A stretch of DNA of 64,000 bases. It comes from Patescibacteria group bacterium. GTDB taxonomy: Bacteria > Patescibacteriota > Microgenomatia > UBA8517. Below, one piece after another: positions 59,201 to 64,000 of the stretch; positions within the stretch are counted from its first letter, which is position 1, and each line of letters begins with the position of its first letter. The stretch lies in NCBI GenBank assembly GCA_025999275.1, contig AP024680.1, positions 244,728 through 308,727 on the forward strand. Reading direction: 5' to 3'. The position numbers and the translations under genes are program-made. The notes beneath the pieces are model-generated. The model worked only from the letters and a program-made list of their open reading frames with translations, was not told where the DNA came from and made no database searches.

Positions 59201-59753
59201 TTCTCGGGTGAATTTTACGTATAAATTTCGCTGGGGAACCTCCCCATAATTCAGCTTGTGGAACATCCTTGGTTACAACCGAACCCGCAGCAATCCAAGA
59301 AAAATCATTTACCTGTAAACCCGTATTTCCAGCTACTAATTTTGTATCGTTCATAAGCCAGCAAAATTTACCTACGCGAATACTTTGTTGAGTGCCTATT
59401 AAAATTTCTTGCCAATTAGCCTTTTTATCTTCCAAGGGATGGTTGTTGGTTATAAAACTTACATTTGCTCCTATAAGGGTATAGTCACCAATAGAAATCT
59501 TACCCATACCAGCCATATCTGTTGATGCGGGAACTTTTACACCTTTCCCGATCTCTATGTTTTCTGGATACCATACTTTCACCCTATGATGAACTATAGA
59601 ACCCTCCCCTATTTTAGCCCCTGCTAACCTTAACCAATAGGTGTATAACCTTGACCAAATATCTGTAGGCATTTCACCTAAAAATCCTGACCACAATCTT
59701 GCATCAGACTCACAAAATAAGCGATATATCGAGCGAAAAATTAAATGACCCAT
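59184..59753 (-). CDS. Hexapeptide-repeat (left-handed beta-helix) acetyltransferase
   Basis: Imperfect [LIV]-G-x4 hexad repeats (IGEGSIV, IGKGVKV, IGDYTLIGANVSF), as in sugar O-acetyltransferases. Confidence 0.7.
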   Translation of the reverse strand: MGHLIFRSIYRLFCESDARLWSGFLGEMPTDIWSRLYTYWLRLAGAKIGEGSIVHHRVKVWYPENIEIGKGVKVPASTDMAGMGKISIGDYTLIGANVSFITNNHPLEDKKANWQEILIGTQQSIRVGKFCWLMNDTKLVAGNTGLQVNDFSWIAAGSVVTKDVPQAELWGGSPAKFIRKIHPRNEKIT

Positions 59754-59785
59754 ATTTGATATTTTATCATTTTTACATTATTTTG

Positions 59786-59791
59786 TATAAT
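59786..59791 (+). promoter_or_regulatory. Candidate -10 element (TATAAT with adjacent upstream TG) for erm
   Basis: ttttgTATAATat located ~20 nt upstream of the erm SD. No convincing -35 and no leader peptide or attenuator seen. Confidence 0.3.
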
Positions 59792-59810
59792 ATAGCAAAG
59801 GAGGGAGGTA

Positions 59811-60701
59811 TTGAGAAGAACTGTGTCTGAAAGAGGTGGTATCGAGCGGGGAGGTCGTGAACTATGGCAGTCACAGAACTTTCTGAGAAGGCCAGAGTTT
59901 GTAGCAAGTCTAGTAGAAAGAACTGATATAACCCGTGACGACCTTGTTATTGAAATAGGTCCTGGGAAAGGGATAATTACTCAGCAATTAGCACGCAGAG
60001 CTAGAAGAGTAATAGCAGTTGAGATAGACAAGGGATTGGCAGGAAACCTTCGAGCCTCTTTCCAGAATTCACCCAATGTTGAAATTGTTGAAGCTGATTT
60101 CTTGAAATGGTGGTTGCCAAGAGAACCTTATAAAGTTTTTTCCAATATTCCTTTTAATATGACTGCCGATATTGTCAGAAGACTTACAGAAGACAGAAAC
60201 CCTCCACTAGTTGCCTACTTAATTATGCAAGATAAAGCAGCATTTCGTTTTATGGGGAGGCCAAAAGATTCACAAACATCAATTTTATTAAAACCATGGT
60301 TTGAAGTAGAAATAGTAGCAAACATAGATAGGAGAGAATTTACCCCAGTTCCTAAAATAAATGCAGTTCTTGCAAAGTTTAGAAAAAGAGAGCAGCCTTT
60401 AGTTAAACCTGAGTTTTGCCAATGGTTCAGAGATTTTGTTGTTTATGGATATAATCAGTGGAAACCTACAATACTTGATGCGTTTAGAGAAGTATTTAGT
60501 CCAAAACAGAGGAATATTTTAGAAAGAGAGCTGAGAATTAGAGGTGCAAGACCCTCTGATTTAACACTTGAACAGTGGCTTAAACTATTTGAAACATTTT
60601 GTGTTTATGTACCTTCTGATAAAAAAGAAGTTGTTAAGGGGGCTGAAGAAAGACTGAAGAGACAGCAAGGAAGCTTAAAGAAACGGCATAGAACTAGATA
60701 G
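59811..60701 (+). CDS. erm: Erm-family 23S rRNA (adenine-N6)-methyltransferase, putative macrolide-lincosamide-streptogramin B resistance determinant
   Basis: SQNFL, EIGPGKG and NIPFNMTADI, then an Erm-like C-terminal domain (IDRREFTPVPKINAVLAKFRK, LTLEQWLKLFE) that resembles actinomycete Erm proteins rather than KsgA. GC is clearly higher than the flanks. SD aaggaggg 6 nt before a TTG start. Confidence 0.7.
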   Translation: MRRTVSERGGIERGGRELWQSQNFLRRPEFVASLVERTDITRDDLVIEIGPGKGIITQQLARRARRVIAVEIDKGLAGNLRASFQNSPNVEIVEADFLKWWLPREPYKVFSNIPFNMTADIVRRLTEDRNPPLVAYLIMQDKAAFRFMGRPKDSQTSILLKPWFEVEIVANIDRREFTPVPKINAVLAKFRKREQPLVKPEFCQWFRDFVVYGYNQWKPTILDAFREVFSPKQRNILERELRIRGARPSDLTLEQWLKLFETFCVYVPSDKKEVVKGAEERLKRQQGSLKKRHRTR

Positions 60702-60913
60702 ATTTAGGCTACGGCTAAAAGTTGCTGGGTAGATTTGAGAGTAAGCTCTGGAAATTCCAGGATGTTTAACCAGTTGGCTCGCCTGAAATCGTTCCATTTG
60801 TCCAGCCATTCTTTGCTCAATCTAAGGAATTTCATAGTGCTTTGAAACCAAATGATTGTTAATTTTTATACTCTTCCTGTGGGGGGTTAGCTTGTTTTAT
60901 GGTGCGAAACCCG

Positions 60914-60950
60914 TTGTTGGAAGCTAATCAACTCCCGGAGTTGGAATGTT
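60914..60950 (+). repeat. Right copy of the ~37-bp direct repeat
   Basis: ttgttggaagCtaatcaactcccggagttgGaatgtt. 35/37 identical to 52591..52627, in the same orientation. Confidence 0.6.
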
Positions 60951-61056
60951 TTTTGAAATGTGGGGTTTGCAAGCAATAATCAATCTTTGTTTTTCTTCTA
61001 TTTTGATCTTTCCAATTACAAAGTATAGTTGGAAGCCAAGGATAAGATGTTGCTTT

Positions 61057-62121
61057 TTATATTTGGCTTAGTTTGTAAAGCACTTGTTCGAACTTCTCTG
61101 TTGAATAGTCCTCCATTGGCCATTTAGCTATAATACCAAAAGTTGTTGTCATTTCTTTTTGGATTTCAGCTCTAGGAAGCAATTCTCTAATCTTTTTTCT
61201 TACAATTTGGTCAACTTTCTTGGTTCCCCAAAAGTCTAAATTAACTTTTTTGCTTTGAATGTATAAAGAAATAGAAATTTTATCATTATAACTAGTCATT
61301 ACATGGAAAGTTAAACTTTTTGGTGTTTTTGCTACATCTACATTTTCTATTTTTTTTCTTCCTTCTCTCAAGTCGTTAAAGAATGTGATTAGTTCTTTAA
61401 CTTTTTCCTGCTCTGGCAGACCTTGGTAAGCTTTTATGAAATCATCATCTGTCGGTATAACTTTAACTCCTGTTTTCCCTATATCTTTTTTAACTTCTGC
61501 TCCATAAAGTTTGGGAATTAAGATTTCGAATTCTTGGTGTTTATAGTATTCGAGTTCTATGGCGTAAATGCTAAATTCACTATTGTTGTTTAAGAAAACA
61601 ATTAAATCCTTAAGTTGATCATGCAAATGGTCCATCAAAACCACAAATTTGAAATTGCCGTCGTTCAAATTTCTTCTGAGATTTTCTAATAGTGTTTTTT
61701 CTTCTTCCTCTGAGATACCAAAAAAGTCATTCAATCTTTGCCTTAGATTCTGATTAAAATCTTTACTTGTATGCGTTTCTATCTGATCAATAAAATCATT
61801 AAAATCTCGATAGTTAGACCAGAGAGAGGCGCCGTAGTCTAAAACTTGGGCGACAACAGTTCTTTTGTCGGGATTTTTATAAAGCTTTGTTTCGATTAGA
61901 TAAATTTCACCTTCTTTGTCAATTCCCACAGCATCAATTGGTCCGCTTTTGGTAGAAAATTCCCGAGCCAAAATTAAAAGCCTAATGTCTTCTTTAATGT
62001 CGTAAAGAGGAATACTTTCTGGGTTGTCGTAGATGTATTGTTGGAGGTGATCTTCCAGCTCAAAATTGCTTTTATCAAGCTTAATCGCATTTTTACCGTT
62101 TTTTGAGATAATAATTGCCAT
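61057..62121 (-). CDS. Hypothetical protein with an N-terminal PD-(D/E)xK nuclease-like (NucS/RecB-like) domain
   Basis: GPIDAVGIDKEGEIYLIETKL is a D...E-x-K arrangement in a beta-hairpin context. The C-terminal 200 aa are unassigned. Confidence 0.4.
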   Translation of the reverse strand: MAIIISKNGKNAIKLDKSNFELEDHLQQYIYDNPESIPLYDIKEDIRLLILAREFSTKSGPIDAVGIDKEGEIYLIETKLYKNPDKRTVVAQVLDYGASLWSNYRDFNDFIDQIETHTSKDFNQNLRQRLNDFFGISEEEEKTLLENLRRNLNDGNFKFVVLMDHLHDQLKDLIVFLNNNSEFSIYAIELEYYKHQEFEILIPKLYGAEVKKDIGKTGVKVIPTDDDFIKAYQGLPEQEKVKELITFFNDLREGRKKIENVDVAKTPKSLTFHVMTSYNDKISISLYIQSKKVNLDFWGTKKVDQIVRKKIRELLPRAEIQKEMTTTFGIIAKWPMEDYSTEKFEQVLYKLSQI

Positions 62122-62346
62122 TTTATTTCAACTTTTCAGTTAACAATTCAAAAAATAGCACTAACCAACAATTATACCTCTCTTATTTAGCAGTATTTTT
62201 TTATTATTTCTCGGTTGCTTGGGTTATTGCTCACTAACTTCACATTGATTATACAAAAATTGATAGTTTTTTTCATTTTTTATGAATTTATCATTATTAA
62301 TATAATTATTTTATATACATTTTTGGAGGCTATCTAACTTTCGAAG

Positions 62347-62892
62347 TTAGTTGTTTTGCCTGTTATAGAGCCTTTTTGGGCCATTATTGTAAGGCATATA
62401 ATTTTTTCTTTGATGATATAGGGGTTTGTTTCCTTTTTCTATTTGTTGATAAAGTTTTCTAATAGGCCCTCTTTTTGCCCAGATATTGTTTAATCCCGTT
62501 TTTTCAATTATAAAAGCGGAAATTATTGCAGATGCTATAAACAATATGGTAATAACTAGGAAGTTCTTCTTGTAGGAAAAATCATATTTTTTAAGCATCA
62601 TTAAACCAATACCTATACCCAAAATTGAAAGAATTGGTATCCAAATTGGAAAACAGGAGAACATTATTGATAATTTCCCATATCCTGGTCCTTGTTTCTT
62701 AATGAGAAAAATAATTAGGTTTATAAGAAATGAGGTTGTAATAAAACTTGTTATCAACCCGATGAATGTAAGGAAAGAACCAACTACAAAATACCATCTT
62801 GGTTTCATAACCACCTCGCCTGAGGATATTTTTTTCATTACCTCGTTTTCAATTTTTTTATATTTATTTTTTATATTCTTTCTTGCTTGCAT
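62347..62892 (-). CDS. Membrane protein downstream of the ECF sigma factor (putative anti-sigma factor)
   Basis: Overlaps the sigma gene by 22 nt. Four predicted TM helices. Confidence 0.4.
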   Translation of the reverse strand: MQARKNIKNKYKKIENEVMKKISSGEVVMKPRWYFVVGSFLTFIGLITSFITTSFLINLIIFLIKKQGPGYGKLSIMFSCFPIWIPILSILGIGIGLMMLKKYDFSYKKNFLVITILFIASAIISAFIIEKTGLNNIWAKRGPIRKLYQQIEKGNKPLYHQRKNYMPYNNGPKRLYNRQNN

Positions 62893-63419
62893 ATTTTTTT
62901 CATTAAAGCTTTGGCACGATTTATTCGAGTGCCAACAGTTCCTTTAGGTATTCTTAAAATATCACTTATTTCTTCATAAGTTTTTTCCTCTAGAAATGAA
63001 AGTGACAAAATCTCCCTATAGATAATAGGCATTTTGTTTAAGCATTTATTTACCTGTTTTTTTATTTCTTTTTTGCCAAATTCTTCTTCAAGATTATCAT
63101 TGCTTTCAATTTCAATTTTTCCATCAAGAGAAATATGTTTTTTCTCTTTTTTAATAAGGTTAATTGATTCGTTATGTACAATTCTATAAATATAGCTGCT
63201 GAATTTCTTTTTTGTGTTAAAACTATTTAAGTTTATATAGGCTTTGATAAATGAGTTTTGAACAACATCAGCAGCTTTATCTTCATCCCCAATCAGATAG
63301 GTAGCATATCTTGTTAGTTTGTTGCTATAACGCCTAATTATATGGGCAAATAATTCTTTGTCTTTTTTCCGAACAAGTTCTACTATTTTTTCGTCTGATA
63401 GTTTTTCTATGTTTTCCAT
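62871..63419 (-). CDS. RNA polymerase ECF-type sigma-70 factor
   Basis: Region 2 (VVQNSFIKAYINLNSF) and region 4 HTH (YREILSLSFLEEKTYEEISDILRIPKGTVGTRINRA). Confidence 0.8.
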   Translation of the reverse strand: MENIEKLSDEKIVELVRKKDKELFAHIIRRYSNKLTRYATYLIGDEDKAADVVQNSFIKAYINLNSFNTKKKFSSYIYRIVHNESINLIKKEKKHISLDGKIEIESNDNLEEEFGKKEIKKQVNKCLNKMPIIYREILSLSFLEEKTYEEISDILRIPKGTVGTRINRAKALMKKICKQERI

Positions 63420-63506
63420 TATTTTTGATTTTTAACATAAAAACTTTATTTTTCCCAATGCCAAAACTCCACCAATTTTCTTTTGGGGTGGAGTTTTGGT
63501 TTGGTG

Positions 63507-63882
63507 TTAGCGGTTTGCATTTCGACCGTAACCCATTCTTTGTCCTGATCCGTTTTGCAAACCTAACCCAAGTTCTGCTCTTATGGTATTGGCTTGGTCA
63601 GTTTTGCCTTCAAGCATTAGTTTATGCATTTCTGCAAATTTTGCAAAGTTGCTCTCATTTATTACTTGAGTAACTCTGCCTCTTCCCTGCATGAGCTCTT
63701 TCCATGCTTTGTAATCTTTATTTTCAAAAGCTTTTATCATAGCTTCATGCCTTTCTTCAGAGTAATTTGGACCCTTAACATTTGGATCGCCTCTGTAGGC
63801 AAGAGTTTTTGAGGAGCTTGCAAAAAGCATTCCTCCTCCAATTATTATGCTTGCTAGGGCTAGTAATTTTTTGTTCATATTT
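63507..63882 (-). CDS. Hypothetical secreted protein
   Basis: Start set at MNKKLLALASIIIGGGMLFA (signal peptide). The upstream in-frame extension has no SD. Confidence 0.35.
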
Positions 63883-64000
63883 ATCACCTCCTTTCTAATT
63901 GTTATACAAAATTTACCTTCTTTTTCTTTCAACCAAAATATCTTTGGGATATGCTTTGCTTGTGAGTTTAAAGTTAAAAAAAGGCTTTCTTTTTCTTCTT

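Noticed and set aside
59811-60701. Possibility that the erm-like gene is simply the housekeeping KsgA/RsmA
   Set aside because: The C-terminal domain aligns with Erm-specific sequence and the gene is compositionally foreign. Not fully excluded without phylogeny and a genome-wide search for a second ksgA.
1-64000. CRISPR array search
   Set aside because: No series of regularly spaced identical repeats of 24-48 bp was found. The only notable direct repeats are the two ~37-bp copies 8.3 kb apart and short tandem motifs near the NYN gene.

Overview
This is a low-GC (~33%), gene-dense window from a bacterium. It may belong to the Patescibacteria/CPR, judging by many divergent membrane-anchored hypothetical proteins, a compact RNase P RNA, a short AspRS, a short RelA/SpoT and a tRNA with no encoded CCA, but that placement is tentative.

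Housekeeping genes identified:
- miaA
- an AI-2E family transporter
- RNase P RNA (rnpB)
- yifB/comM
- hisS
- dtd
- nth
- secD and secF
- cca
- recJ
- relA/spoT
- aspS
- a dacA-like carboxypeptidase
- gltX
- an ECF sigma factor
- tRNA-Gln(CTG)

Accessory regions, in order along the window:
1. At 9.7-16.4 kb there is a higher-GC (~45-50%) island carrying a translationally coupled five-gene operon. A Type III Mod methyltransferase and a Type III Res helicase-nuclease are separated by two tandem metallo-beta-lactamase-fold hydrolases and a multi-pass membrane protein. This is the best candidate for an undescribed restriction-modification-derived defence system. An NYN-domain gene sits next to it in a repeat-dense region.
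2. At 28.9-31.9 kb there is a crtI-crtB-lycopene-cyclase carotenoid cluster.
3. At 25.1-26.4 kb a branched-polyamine-synthase-like gene is paired with a pyruvoyl SAM decarboxylase.
4. At 52.6-60.95 kb an 8.3-kb glycosylation island is bracketed by ~37-bp direct repeats beside tRNA-Gln. Its last gene is a higher-GC Erm-family 23S rRNA methyltransferase, a likely acquired macrolide-resistance gene.

Smaller oddities are a duplicated miaA 5' fragment, a palindromic in-frame insertion in cca, a tRNA-Gln 5'-half-like pseudo-element, and several small zinc-ribbon ORFs below the ORF-track cutoff.
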